DNA of 58,697 nucleotides, counting the filler, from Stramenopiles sp. TOSAG23-2 (Eukaryota): assembly GCA_900128395.1 (NCBI GenBank). It is 6 parts of 6 records of this genome, joined end to end, with 100 filler letters (N's around TTAATTAATTAA, not from the genome) between each part and the next. Parts side by side here need not be neighbours in the genome. Positions count along the whole stretch, not along the records: positions 19,626 to 29,332 come from LT650086.1; positions 29,433 to 39,135 come from LT650087.1; 4 more parts are not named here. One strand, 5' to 3'. Under the pieces are notes generated by a model. The model saw only the letters and a program-made list of their open reading frames with translations. It did no database searches and was not told the DNA's origin. The position numbers were made by a program, and so were the translations under genes. Below, one piece after another: positions 21,366 through 33,000 of the stretch. Numbering within the stretch: position 1 is the first letter of the stretch; the number at the start of each line of letters is the position of its first letter.

Positions 21366-21893
21366 ATGGCAGATGATAAACAATATATTGATATTCATAC
21401 TAGACCAATCAATGTACAAAATATTGGCTTGTTAAAAGAAATAAATATAGCAACTTTACCAGTTAATTATCAAGAAAAGTTTTATCGTGATATTGTGAAA
21501 ACGCCTAAAGAGCTTACTCACTATGCATATTCCGGTAGTGTATGTATTGGTGCAATTTGTTGTCGCGTTGAGAAAGATGAAGAAACAGAAGTAAAACGTG
21601 TTTATATAATGACCCTTGCTGTGTTAGCACCGTATAGGAACCAAGGTGTTGGTACAACTTTATTAAATGATGTTTTAGACCATGTTGATGAAACAATGAG
21701 TGGTATCAAGAGTATTTATTTGCATGTATGGGTTGAAAATGCAGCTGCAATGAAATTCTATTCCAAGTTTGATTTTGTAAAAAAAGAAGAAATAAAAGGT
21801 TATTACAAAAGAGTAGATCCACCGAATGCAGTAATATTTGAACGTGATCGTAAATTGGAACGTAGTTTAACCAGAGCATCTACTGCATATTAA
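21366..21893 (+). CDS. NAA50: N-alpha-acetyltransferase 50 (NatE catalytic subunit)
   Basis: LPVNYQEKFY, GAICCRVE, YIMTLAVLAPYRNQGVG, IYLHVWVEN..FYSKFDF..YYKRVDPPNA. Confidence 0.92.
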   Translation: MADDKQYIDIHTRPINVQNIGLLKEINIATLPVNYQEKFYRDIVKTPKELTHYAYSGSVCIGAICCRVEKDEETEVKRVYIMTLAVLAPYRNQGVGTTLLNDVLDHVDETMSGIKSIYLHVWVENAAAMKFYSKFDFVKKEEIKGYYKRVDPPNAVIFERDRKLERSLTRASTAY

Positions 21894-21960
21894 AATGAAA
21901 AATGATAAAATATATAATATTTTGAAATAGCTGTGTGTAGCCATCTACGATGGTATATAT

Positions 21961-22124
21961 GGTGGTTAAAATCTAAGTTATAATATTTTTACACTTCTCG
22001 TGTTAAAGTAATATGCTCTCAATACTCAATCGCAAGAATAATATGTTATCCTACTATAGTAAAAAGCTCTAATGCACCTCTGCAAACTAATACTCTACAA
22101 GCACAAGTAGGTTTCTATCCTTCC
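21961..22124. repeat. Interspersed repeat, copy B (~36 nt longer than copy A)
   Basis: Matches 9123-9247; lies between two convergent stop codons. Confidence 0.85.
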
Positions 22125-22128
22125 GACT

Positions 22129-24054
22129 TTAAATTACTTTTCCTAATTGATTATTGATGCTCAATTTACCACCTCGTCGTTGCCTCAGTTCAGGTTTTAA
22201 AGTTGAATATCCCATCTTACTTAATCTATTAACTCGAAATGTTTCTCGTGTTGCAGCTTGTGATTTCAAAATTGCTTCATTATGTGGTAATCTGTATAAA
22301 TTAACAATCTTATCGTACAATTTCGTATTTCTTTTTAACTCATTATGGTTTTGAAGACGAATTAAAAAGTCCTCAATTGATATTACATCCACCTTACCAT
22401 CATCCATATCCTGATCTGAATCTTGATTATTATTATTATTATTATTATTCATAATAAAACAACGAAATAGTGTTTGTATTGTAGGAACCAAATGTATGTT
22501 TGGTAAATCAGTTTTCGCATTTAATTGATCAAGCATACCATAAATAACATCTTCCGTAATCATAATATCTTGTACAATCAAACGTTTTAACAATTCTAAT
22601 AAAATTCGCTCACCATTTGTCAATCCACGCAACATTGTTGGTAAATCACGTTGTAAGATACCACCCATATTTTTAATTGATTGTAGAATGCCTTCTTTTG
22701 GAAATCCTTTTGTACTCTTTTTTACAGCTTGACAGATTATACGAAATATACCATGATTATTTAATCGTGTTTTCAATTTAAATTCACTTACGGAGGATTG
22801 CCTTCGTTGTATATTGTGAATAGTATTAATTTCTACTTTAACTGACGGGTTTAAAATTGAATCCGATCGTGCCCTTACATTTAAATTTTGCTCGCGTTCC
22901 AAACGTCGACGTTCTAAATATCGTTCCAATTGATTACCTAGTTGCCCTTGTTGACGTCTAAATTGATTTTTCAATTTTATAATTGCAATTTTACCTAATT
23001 CACTTTGCATACCCCACTTTGCAGTGCCTCTGGTAGATGTTCGTGCTGATTTTGGACGACGTATATAGGAGCGATTATTTGAATCATCTTCCGGTTGATT
23101 GATAACACCACGATGTTTCTTTTTTTGTATTATTTTTCGATTATGGCGACCATGAATACGAGCAGTATGTGGCCGGGTTGGCCGATTATTGATATTTTTC
23201 TTTGATATATCAGCTGCTAAATTTACACTTGATGCTCCTTTTAATCTCCTGATATTTTCACCAACAGTTTTTCTACTTTCATCTTTTTCCATTTTCTTCT
23301 TCTGTGCTTGTTTATCAAAATTTTCTTTCTTATTTCTTTCATATTTTTGCCTACGTTTATTATAATCATTAGGTATAGATATAGCCATTTTTTTTTTTAC
23401 ATTGTTTTTTTTGTTTGGTGATTTTTTTAACATTTGTTTTTTTCGATTCTCATCTCTATCAATAATATATTTAAATTGTTCTAAATCTTGTAATAAATCA
23501 CCTTTTGCATATGATTTATTTTGTATATGATTTCGATGTTTCAAACGTGCATTTCGAACACCAGCAGAACGTGGTCTAACCCTTGGTTTGTGGGGTCCAG
23601 CCTCCGTTAACCAATATAAAGGTACTTCTTTGACAGTGACTTTTTCCAAAAATTTATTTACATGTTGAGAAGACTCATTTTTACTATTATTATTATGTAC
23701 AGTCTTAGTATTTGTTGGTGGTGAAAACGATGGAGATGATGTTGGTGATCTACCAAAAAACGAATCCCTTTCCATGCTTTTTGCAAGTTTACTGCCATAA
23801 TCTTTACTACGGCGACGTTCAGTTCGAAAAACACGTCGTCTTGATGAGGCTGCAGAAGATCCTTCTCTTGTATCTCCTTTTATAATTTTTCCTTGTAAGA
23901 AAATTTTTGATATTTCATTTGTTTTTATTTCTTCCTCTTCCATCATTGCACGATATGTCACCCCAACCTTCGCCCTTTTCCTTCGTACATTCGATGCCCT
24001 GACATGTTTTACTAATTCATTATACCCAGCATTGATATAATTGATAGACGACAT
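22129..24054 (-). CDS. Hypothetical basic protein (641 aa) with RPx[S/T]A motifs and a helical C-terminal domain
   Basis: Long ORF in AT-rich DNA; RPRSA, RPHTA, RPKSA; no family recognised. Confidence 0.75.
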   Translation of the reverse strand: MSSINYINAGYNELVKHVRASNVRRKRAKVGVTYRAMMEEEEIKTNEISKIFLQGKIIKGDTREGSSAASSRRRVFRTERRRSKDYGSKLAKSMERDSFFGRSPTSSPSFSPPTNTKTVHNNNSKNESSQHVNKFLEKVTVKEVPLYWLTEAGPHKPRVRPRSAGVRNARLKHRNHIQNKSYAKGDLLQDLEQFKYIIDRDENRKKQMLKKSPNKKNNVKKKMAISIPNDYNKRRQKYERNKKENFDKQAQKKKMEKDESRKTVGENIRRLKGASSVNLAADISKKNINNRPTRPHTARIHGRHNRKIIQKKKHRGVINQPEDDSNNRSYIRRPKSARTSTRGTAKWGMQSELGKIAIIKLKNQFRRQQGQLGNQLERYLERRRLEREQNLNVRARSDSILNPSVKVEINTIHNIQRRQSSVSEFKLKTRLNNHGIFRIICQAVKKSTKGFPKEGILQSIKNMGGILQRDLPTMLRGLTNGERILLELLKRLIVQDIMITEDVIYGMLDQLNAKTDLPNIHLVPTIQTLFRCFIMNNNNNNNNQDSDQDMDDGKVDVISIEDFLIRLQNHNELKRNTKLYDKIVNLYRLPHNEAILKSQAATRETFRVNRLSKMGYSTLKPELRQRRGGKLSINNQLGKVI

Positions 24055-24845
24055 TGTTGTTTTGTATTGTACAATAGGTAGTAGCTGATATTGGTATCTC
24101 TATGTACATATATATCTATATGTGTATGTTTGTATCTAGGACAGTATTTGTAAATTGTCTACAACTAATAACTGCCGAACGTGATGAAGTGATGATCATC
24201 TCGTCTGATACGGAGATACGGATCCAGAATAGGCTCTTTTAAGGTATGTACACAATTATACATACAGTACAGTAGTATACCAATTATTATACTTATATAT
24301 CAACAGTTCAACCCTATAATCTACAATATATATAGGATAGAAAGGGCGAAAGGCATCATCAAAACGCTTGTAGGGCTTGTGCAAGAAATACCAGTCCTGG
24401 CAGTCCATGGCAATAGTACCATACTCTGTATTAGAAATTCGTTAAAACCAATAGGTCCCTTGCCAGGCTTGCTATTTACGATAACACAGCATCTGTAATT
24501 ACGTACATCAGATATACAATACTGTTATAATAATAAATATGTTAATATTGTATATACATATCATATATATATCTATATATATGATATGAGAAGAACAAAA
24601 ACAGAGATAAATGTACATGTATACATTGTTTCAGTTTTTTGGAACAGAAAGAACTATAACATACATATATATATATATATATACATACATATATTTCGTG
24701 GGTAATAAATATATATATTACTAATATTTTAGAAGGAAAAAAAAATAATTATTAAAAAATATATATATTTAATTTAAAATAAATAATAATCCAACGTTAT
24801 TTTGAGAATATATACTGTATTAACCAACAATATAATAATAACAAC

Positions 24846-26210
24846 ATGAATGTATCATCATCTATTAGTAAAGTAGCTACAAATAAACCTCAGCGCCGTT
24901 CTGGAAAGGGGAAAATGTCGTCTTATGGTCGCCGTGGTGGTGGTCGTGGCAAAAGAGGTAACAATGGTGCAGGTGGTAATAATAATGCTGGTACTAAAGG
25001 AGGACGTAATTTATCAGAGGAAGAAGGCAAAATAGCAGGATTTGCAGAGGATGCTGTACATAAACAAGGCTTATGCGTTGAAATTTTAGCAGGTGGCTTT
25101 GTACAATCATATGTTGATTTCTTCTATTTAATGCATCGTCCAGATCCAAATCCAGATCCTAATCGACCTGAAATGGCAGATGCGGAAATACAAGTCTCCC
25201 CTGAAGACATGACGTTTATTAAAGAAAAATTAATCACTGCGGAGTCGGCGAGAAGGCAAGGTGATACCAATATTGTATTTGAATCTTACAGCGCTTTGGC
25301 GCGGTATTTTCAAGATGCACAAGATTCAAAGACTGGTATATACTTTTACGAAAAATGTTTAGAAATTGCAAGGTTAACAAGCGATTTATTAGGTGAAATA
25401 CGTGCAAATAATAATTTAGGATTAGCACATGCGCGTTTAAATGATATCGATACAGCATTGGGTTTCCATGAGAAACAATATGAATTAACTAAAGGTGGGG
25501 ATGATAATTTAAGAAGTGCATTGGATGAAGAAGCAAAAACTGCTGGTTTTGAGCTTGTGAAAATGTATCAAAAGAAAGCAGAAGCAGTGGAAAATGTCAG
25601 TAGCAACAATGGAGATAAGGATATTGATGAAGCAATTAAATATCATGAAAAATGTTTGAATGCTGCAAAGGTAACTGGTCATGCACAGACAATAGGTGCT
25701 GCAAGTTATCGGTTAGGGCGGGCACATGTTATTAATGGTAATGCAACGGGTGCAATTGGATTTTTAGAAGCTTATTTACAAAGCTGTATGAAAGCAAAAG
25801 ATTTGGAAGGTCAAGGTGAAGCATGTAGTGCATTAGCAGCTGCGCATCAAGCTTTGGACGATACAGATGAAGCAGTGAAAAACTTACAAAAACATTTGGA
25901 AATTGCAAAACAAACTGATAAATTAGCAGCACAGGCAGAAGCTTGTTGTAATTTAGGTGTTATATATAATCGACGTGGTGAATTTGACAAAGCTGTTCAT
26001 TTCTTTGAAAGAAATTTTGAAACAACACGTAGTATTGTAGCAAGTGGTAAGAGCAGTCGTAAAATAGTAGATAAAGCAAGAGTAAATCTAGGCATGGCAC
26101 GTGGAAATGCGCAACAAAATTCGTATATGAATGTTATAAATTATGATTTATCTGCATTGTTGTTGTGGAAAAATCGTCGTTTAAATTTTGGTAGTGGCAA
26201 TAAAAAATAA
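24846..26210 (+). CDS. TTC29: Tetratricopeptide repeat protein 29-like (flagellar)
   Basis: N-terminal LCVEILAGGFVQSYVDFFYL, LITAESARRQGD, several TPRs, C-terminal ARVNLGMARGN..LSALLLWKNRR. Confidence 0.8.
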   Translation: MNVSSSISKVATNKPQRRSGKGKMSSYGRRGGGRGKRGNNGAGGNNNAGTKGGRNLSEEEGKIAGFAEDAVHKQGLCVEILAGGFVQSYVDFFYLMHRPDPNPDPNRPEMADAEIQVSPEDMTFIKEKLITAESARRQGDTNIVFESYSALARYFQDAQDSKTGIYFYEKCLEIARLTSDLLGEIRANNNLGLAHARLNDIDTALGFHEKQYELTKGGDDNLRSALDEEAKTAGFELVKMYQKKAEAVENVSSNNGDKDIDEAIKYHEKCLNAAKVTGHAQTIGAASYRLGRAHVINGNATGAIGFLEAYLQSCMKAKDLEGQGEACSALAAAHQALDDTDEAVKNLQKHLEIAKQTDKLAAQAEACCNLGVIYNRRGEFDKAVHFFERNFETTRSIVASGKSSRKIVDKARVNLGMARGNAQQNSYMNVINYDLSALLLWKNRRLNFGSGNKK

Positions 26211-26769
26211 AATATATATATAAGTATAAATTAATGCATATAGTATAACTTATTTTTTTAAATTTACTATATGATATCCAGCTGGCCTTAGCTGGCTAGA
26301 TATATTTGTAGAATGTCTATGATCAAATTTTACAGTTTGTGCGTTTTACAGTGTTTTACTGCGGGCATTGATAGGTATAAAAGAATATTCTATTATTCGT
26401 ACCTAAATCGATCCTTAATGTCGTCCTGTCCGTCAATCAGTTGCAGCAGTCCAGGCAGAGAGCACCTTGTATTTTGCACCTATCCTAAATTACACCACAT
26501 ACCATTACTGGCTGGGCTGGCCAGCTGGGCCAGCTGGCACACACATCATAGACATAATAATACACACACACCATGTCGTATATATTTCTGATGTAATAAA
26601 ATAAATACTAATTAAATTATATATCTATAGATACATCAATAATACGAGATAACAAAATGAATAACACAAACGATTGAATATTATAACTATTAAAATAGTT
26701 CAAAAGAATTAACGCCATACGAAAAGATATATAGAATTTTATATACATATATATATACACATTATCTTT

Positions 26770-29094
26770 ATGAATATTAATTCCTTTTCTTTTTTGAAAC
26801 GAAATTATTTGTCAAATATAATATCATTATTGGCATTGCTGACTTTGTTTCAAATATTATTTATAGAGACATCAGTGAATGCTGAATATATAGTTGAATA
26901 TTTTCGCCAATGCGAGCCAGGTAAATTTGTATCAACAGATTCTAATGTTGGGGATCCAGAAGTGATTTTAGGGACGGATATTAATTTTGAAGCATCAGAT
27001 GCGCCATGGCAATATACAAAGCCCGATGGAAATGGAAGTACTGCTTTGTTTCCTTACAAAGATGAATATGCTGCTAGCTTCAAAGGCAGTATTGACCTTA
27101 CCGGAATGGCAAGTGGATCATACAAATTTTGCTTAGAAAGTGATGATGGTTCAAAGCTTTGGATTGATAATGTAGAAGTTGTAGAAGATGTTGGACTTCA
27201 CTCCATGTTAAAAAAATGCGGCAGTATATCCCTTGATGGATCTGACGGCTCGACAAAAATTAAGTACGCTTTTAAACTGAACTATTATGAAAACCGTGGA
27301 TGGCAAGGTTTAAAATTGTCTTGGGCAACCCCAGGGGAAACTGATGATGTTCCTATACCTGCATCAAATTTCATTCAACCAGACTCCGATGATAAAGGTG
27401 TACGTATTGAATTATATCGCCAATGTCATAAATCAGCTAATATTGCTGATTTGCATTTAGATCAAAAGCAACCATTTACATCACCTATTATTGTAACAGG
27501 TGTGCCAATTAATTTTAATGAATGCCCTGCTGGCAAGTATTGGTGCCCAAAGAAAGGCAGCGCTGCTCAATGTAAAGATTCGCCAGATGATCCGGCAGGT
27601 ACGGAATCCAGCCCATGCATGCCATTCGTGGATTACTATGCTGCCCGTTTTACAGGGCATTTATCTTTAATTGCAAAAGATGAGAAACCAACTGAATGTA
27701 CTTTCCAATTAGAATCAGATGATGGTTCAGTATTACATATTAACGGGTCGGTTATTGTTAATAATGATGGTGTTCATGGAATGACGAAGAAGACAGGAAA
27801 ATTTACGATACCAAAGAGTGGTTTATATCCATTTCGCTTGGAGTGGTTTGAAAATGAGCCACCTGGTGGTTTAATTTTCAGCATGAAAGATTGTCAAACT
27901 AATGAATATGATGCGATGAGATTTATTGATCATACTGTTTTCAAACTTAATGCAGTAGATAAAGATGCAGCTAACGCACCAGATCGTCAATGTAAAGAAT
28001 TGGGACCAGCTAAAATTAATGAGAAGCAAGATGCCGCAGCGACGCGTCAAAAAATACGAGAGCAATGCATCGCAGAAAATAAATTCATATGGTGTGATCA
28101 GGTGCCATTTCCAACCGTTGTTGGCGATGGCCGGTGTGACGAAGGAAATAACCTAGAAGGATGTTGGGATGGAGGCGATTGTTGTGAAAGCACGTGTAAA
28201 GATTCACATTATATCTGCAGTGAAGGGAATAAGTATGAAACATGCCATGCAGGTTTCTTACCCGGACTTGAGGCTGAATTTCACAAGGATGTTGCTGTTG
28301 CGGAAGAAGGTATCTTTGTCGAAACGGTTGTTGTACCTACAATTGATTGGGAGTGGGGTGCACCAAACGCAAAAACCTGGCATGGATTGAATCCAAATGA
28401 ATTAGTTGAGTCGTGGGAAAAATTTGCATTATTTATAAAGGGATTTATTTATATTTCAAATGCTGGCCGTTATGATTTTTGTTTGCGTTCGGATGATGGA
28501 AGTAGCTTATATTTAGACAGCAAGTTAGACGAAACCGTATATAATGAAAATTATCACTCCATGAAACAAATTTGTGAAACCCAGTACATGTCTCCCGGTT
28601 TTCATCCTTTCTACGTGCGTTATTATCAAGGTCGTCAATATTGTGGTTTAACCATGGATGTTGCCGGGCCTACGTGGCTAGATCAAGCTAAATTTGGTAA
28701 AGCGAGGTTACGAAAGGAATGGTTATGGTATGCAAAAGTTTGTACCGATAGTACTTGTAGTGGGCATGGTACATGTGAAGCTCTGAATACTGAACCAGCA
28801 AAATTTGGTGTACCATATAACCATACTTGCAATTGCGAACGTGGCTTTTATCCTGGGGCAGGAACGTGCCTGGTTGATATTCCAACTCCAATTCCACCGC
28901 CTGGGATTAATGGATGGGAAATAGTATTTTTCGTATTTCTAGGATTTGCCATCATAGGATGTGGTCTCTGTGTTTGGAAACGTGAACAAGTGAAAGCATT
29001 TTTAATACAAAAACTTGCTTCAGCGAAATTTTATTCAAAAATGCAACCACTTGGAATAGGGGGTGACGATCGGTTAGAAATGGATCACATATAA
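26770..29094 (+). CDS. Type I membrane protein: signal peptide, PA14, PA14, LNR-like, PA14, EGF, TM, short tail
   Basis: Three PA14 cores (LESDDGSKLWID, LESDDGSVLHIN, LRSDDGSSLYLD), LNR-like VGDGRCDEGNNLEGCWDGGDCC, EGF CSGHGTC..CNCERGF..C, TM helix WEIVFFVFLGFAIIGCGLCVW. Confidence 0.88.
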   Translation: MNINSFSFLKRNYLSNIISLLALLTLFQILFIETSVNAEYIVEYFRQCEPGKFVSTDSNVGDPEVILGTDINFEASDAPWQYTKPDGNGSTALFPYKDEYAASFKGSIDLTGMASGSYKFCLESDDGSKLWIDNVEVVEDVGLHSMLKKCGSISLDGSDGSTKIKYAFKLNYYENRGWQGLKLSWATPGETDDVPIPASNFIQPDSDDKGVRIELYRQCHKSANIADLHLDQKQPFTSPIIVTGVPINFNECPAGKYWCPKKGSAAQCKDSPDDPAGTESSPCMPFVDYYAARFTGHLSLIAKDEKPTECTFQLESDDGSVLHINGSVIVNNDGVHGMTKKTGKFTIPKSGLYPFRLEWFENEPPGGLIFSMKDCQTNEYDAMRFIDHTVFKLNAVDKDAANAPDRQCKELGPAKINEKQDAAATRQKIREQCIAENKFIWCDQVPFPTVVGDGRCDEGNNLEGCWDGGDCCESTCKDSHYICSEGNKYETCHAGFLPGLEAEFHKDVAVAEEGIFVETVVVPTIDWEWGAPNAKTWHGLNPNELVESWEKFALFIKGFIYISNAGRYDFCLRSDDGSSLYLDSKLDETVYNENYHSMKQICETQYMSPGFHPFYVRYYQGRQYCGLTMDVAGPTWLDQAKFGKARLRKEWLWYAKVCTDSTCSGHGTCEALNTEPAKFGVPYNHTCNCERGFYPGAGTCLVDIPTPIPPPGINGWEIVFFVFLGFAIIGCGLCVWKREQVKAFLIQKLASAKFYSKMQPLGIGGDDRLEMDHI

Positions 29095-29332
29095 GACTTG
29101 GAAGACGCTGTTTCTCTCTGAATCATCATATCATATCATATATATGATTTGCATTAGACTAAATGTAATAATATATATATATATGATGATGTGTGTATCA
29201 TACAAAAATACACATTTTGAAAAAATAAAAAACTATTTTACGCTCTACGTATATTGTACATTTTATATAAATTTTAGACGAAATGTATTCCAGCCTTATT
29301 AAATCGATCTAATAATAATAAAAAATCATCAA

Positions 29333-29432
29333 NNNNNNNNNNNNNNNNNNNNNNNNNNNNNNNNNNNNNNNNNNNNTTAATTAATTAANNNNNNNNNNNN
29401 NNNNNNNNNNNNNNNNNNNNNNNNNNNNNNNN
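29333..29432. other. Artificial contig linker
   Basis: N44-TTAATTAATTAA-N44. Confidence 0.98.
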
Positions 29433-29466
29433 CGATAATATATAACATGCTTTAAATCTTTCGTAG

Positions 29467-29749
29467 CCCTACTGAAAGTGCTGTATTGGCATTTATGAAA
29501 GGTAAATTCTTTAAAAAACAACTAGAAAAAACTAGAAAATTATTAAAACCAATGAAAAAATTAACTGCAGAACAAAAATTAGCATTACAAGTAAAAAAAG
29601 AAAATAGGATAGAAAAGTTGAAAACGAGACGTAGGGAAAAACGTAAAGCAAAAAATGATAAATTAACAGATGAGCAAATTGCTAAAAAAAAAGAAAAATT
29701 TCAACGTAAAAAACAAAGACGTATGGCAAGACGTAAAGAACAACAATAA
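29467..29749 (+). CDS. Lys/Arg-rich terminal exon of a gene truncated by the contig start
   Basis: Acceptor-like ctttcgtag ending at 29466, then open frame PTESAVLAFMKGKFFKKQ..RRKEQQ*. Confidence 0.5.
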
Positions 29750-30052
29750 TAATTCTAATAATAATAAATAAAAAATTTATTTTCTACTAATATCAGCTAT
29801 TGTTACCCTCTTCTTTCTTTTCTGTAATGATAGCTTGATGCTATTAATACCTTAAATGAAATCCACCACAACCATCAATTTAAATTACCAATATTGGAAA
29901 TATACACAGGACAAACCTCTATTCATTTATTCGAATCTTGAAGGAATACAACCAAAATGTCGGTAACTATACATATACATATATATATATATTAATATAT
30001 ATATATCAAAAGTTTCAACACAATACTTGGGAACTTTTCTCTTCATTCAACG

Positions 30053-33000
30053 ATGAATAATGGGAATCCACCGCCACCAATGATGATGATGATGATGCCA
30101 ACAAACGGTGGAAATGTACAACAATATCCAAATGCACCAATGCCTGGTGGTCAAATGATTGTAGAAACAAAGGAAGAAAAAATTGACAAAAAATCAAAGA
30201 AATGGCAGAAACTTAATAATAAAAAATACAATGAAAAGCGTACTTTTGGATTTGTAGATCCGAATAAAACAGAAATGCCTCCAGAACACTTAAGAAAAAT
30301 CATGCGTGATCATGGGGATTTAAGTGCTCGAAAATTTCAAACTGATAAACGTGTATATTTAGGTGCATTAAAATATTTACCGCATGCAATTTATAAATTA
30401 TTAGAAAATATGCCTATGCCATGGGAACAAGTTAAAGAAGTGAAAGCACTTTATCATATCACAGGTGCCATAACGTTTGTAAATGAAATACCTCGAGTGA
30501 TCGAACCAGTTTACCTGGCACAATGGGGCACTATGTGGGTTATGATGAGGCGTGAAAAAAGAGATCGTAAACACTTTAAACGCATGCGTTTGCCAGCCTT
30601 TGATGACGAGGAACCTCCAATGGATTTTGGTGATAATATATTAGATGTTGAGCCATTAGATCCAATTTGGTATGATTTAGATGAAAAAAAAGATATAGCT
30701 GTTATCGACTGGTTTTACGATGAAAGGCCGTTATCAGATACAAAATGTGTCAATGGGACAAGTTACAAAACTTGGAGGTTACCGGTCAGTGTTATGTCCA
30801 ATTTACATCGTTTATCGGAACATTTATTAGGAGACTTAGTTGATGATAATTATTTTTATTTATTTGACAAAGATACATTTTTCACTAGTAAAGCATTAAA
30901 TGTTGCAATTCCAGGAGGACCAAAATTCGAGCCATTATTCAAAGAAGATGAATATGAAAACGATGATTGGAATGAATTTAACGATGTTAGTAAGGTCATT
31001 GTTCGTAATCAAATACGAACGGAATATAGAATTGCATTTCCATTTTTATACAACAGTAGGCCAAGGAAAGTATCACTTGGTACATATCATACACCTGCAT
31101 CTTGTTATATCAAAAACAGCGATCCTGAATTACCACCGTATTATTTTGACCCATTAATTAATCCAATAAGTGCATATGATAAAGATTACCAACGACGTGG
31201 TAACCATGTAAATACAGATTATGATGCCCCAGATGAAAAGACTGGCGAAGTTCATTTTAACGATTTTCAATTGCCATCTGATTGCAAACCATTTTTATCG
31301 AATGAAGAACTTTATAATGAAAACACAGCCGATGGATATAGTCTTTTACATAGTACATATCCATTCAACAAACGGTCTGGTAGAATGAAGCGCACGATTG
31401 ATATTCCATTAGTAAAACGGTTTTATCGTGAACATTGCCCAAGGAACTTCCCAACAAAAGTCAAAGTTAGTTATCAAAAATTATTGAAAAAATGGATTTT
31501 AAATGAATTGAATAAGAAAGAAAAGCCGCCTAGAATAAAACGATCATTATTAAAATCATTAAAAATGACAAAATTTTTCCAAACTACGACATTAGATTGG
31601 GTGGAAGCTGGATTGCAAGTTTGTAGGCAAGGGCATAACATGTTGAATTTACTTATACATAAGAAAAATTTAACGTATTTGCATTTAGATTACAACTTTA
31701 ATTTAAAGCCTGTGAAAACATTGACAACGAAGGAAAGAAAAAAAAGTAGATTCGGGCATAGTTTTCATTTAATGCGCGAAATATTACGTTTGACTAAAAT
31801 TATTGTAGATTGCCATGTACAATTCCGTTTAGGCAATGTTGATGCATATAAATTAGCAGATGCATTGCAATATACATTTGCCCATGTAGGTCAATTAACT
31901 GGTATGTACCGATACAAATACCGTGTTATGAGGCAAGTAAGGGCTACGAAAGATTTAAAGCATGTTATATATTATCGCTTCAATACTGGTCCAGTGGGAA
32001 AAGGTCCAGGAGTCGGTTTTTGGGGGCCTGGTTGGAGGGTTTGGATATTCTTTTTACGTGGCATCATTCCATTGTTGGAGCGATGGTTGCAAAATATGCT
32101 TTCAAGGCAATTTGAAGGTAGACATAATCGTGAAGGACAAACGGTTACAAAGCAACGCGTGGAAAGTCAATTTGACTTGGAACTACGTGGTGCCGTAATG
32201 CATGATATTTTGGATATGATGCCAGAAGGTGTACGTGCAAATAAAGCACGTGTCATTTTGCAGCACTTATCAGAGGCATGGAGATGTTGGAAAGCAAATA
32301 TTCCATGGAAAGTTCCTGGTTTGCCAAAACCTGTTGAAAATATTATTTTACGTTATGTAAAAGCAAAGGCAGATTGGTGGACAAATATTGCACATTACAA
32401 TCGTGAACGCATTAAAAGCACGCAGCAAGTTGATAAAGTTGTGGTTCAAAAAAATACGGGAAGATTAACTCGTTTGTGGTTAAAAGCGGAGCAAGAAAGG
32501 CAACATAATTATTTAAAAGATGGGCCATATTTAAGCACAGAAGAAGCAGTTGCAGTTTACACCACTACTGTGCACTGGTTAGAAAGTAGGCGGTTTGTTC
32601 CCATTCCATTTCCTCCTGCATCGTACAAACATGATACAAAACTTTTAATTTTAGCATTAGAGGCTTTAAAAGAAATGTATTCGATCAAAACGAGGTTGAA
32701 TCAAGAGGAAAAAGAAGAGCTTGGTTTAGTGGAGCAGGCGTATGATAATCCACATGAAACATTAGCAAGAATAAAACGTCATTTATTGACTCAACGCGCA
32801 TTTAAAGAATGTTCGATTGAATTTATGGATAATTATACACATATGATACCGATATATACAATTGAACCATTGGAAAAAATAACTGATCTTTATTTGGATC
32901 AATATTTATGGTACGAAGCGGATAAGCGGCACTTGTTTCCAAATTGGGTGAAACCGGCAGATTCAGAACCACCTCCGATGTTAGTTTATAAATTTTGTGG

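Noticed and set aside
24181-24208. GTGATGA..CTGA, box C/D snoRNA-like
   Set aside because: Boxes are under 30 nt apart, with no terminal stem or guide recognised.
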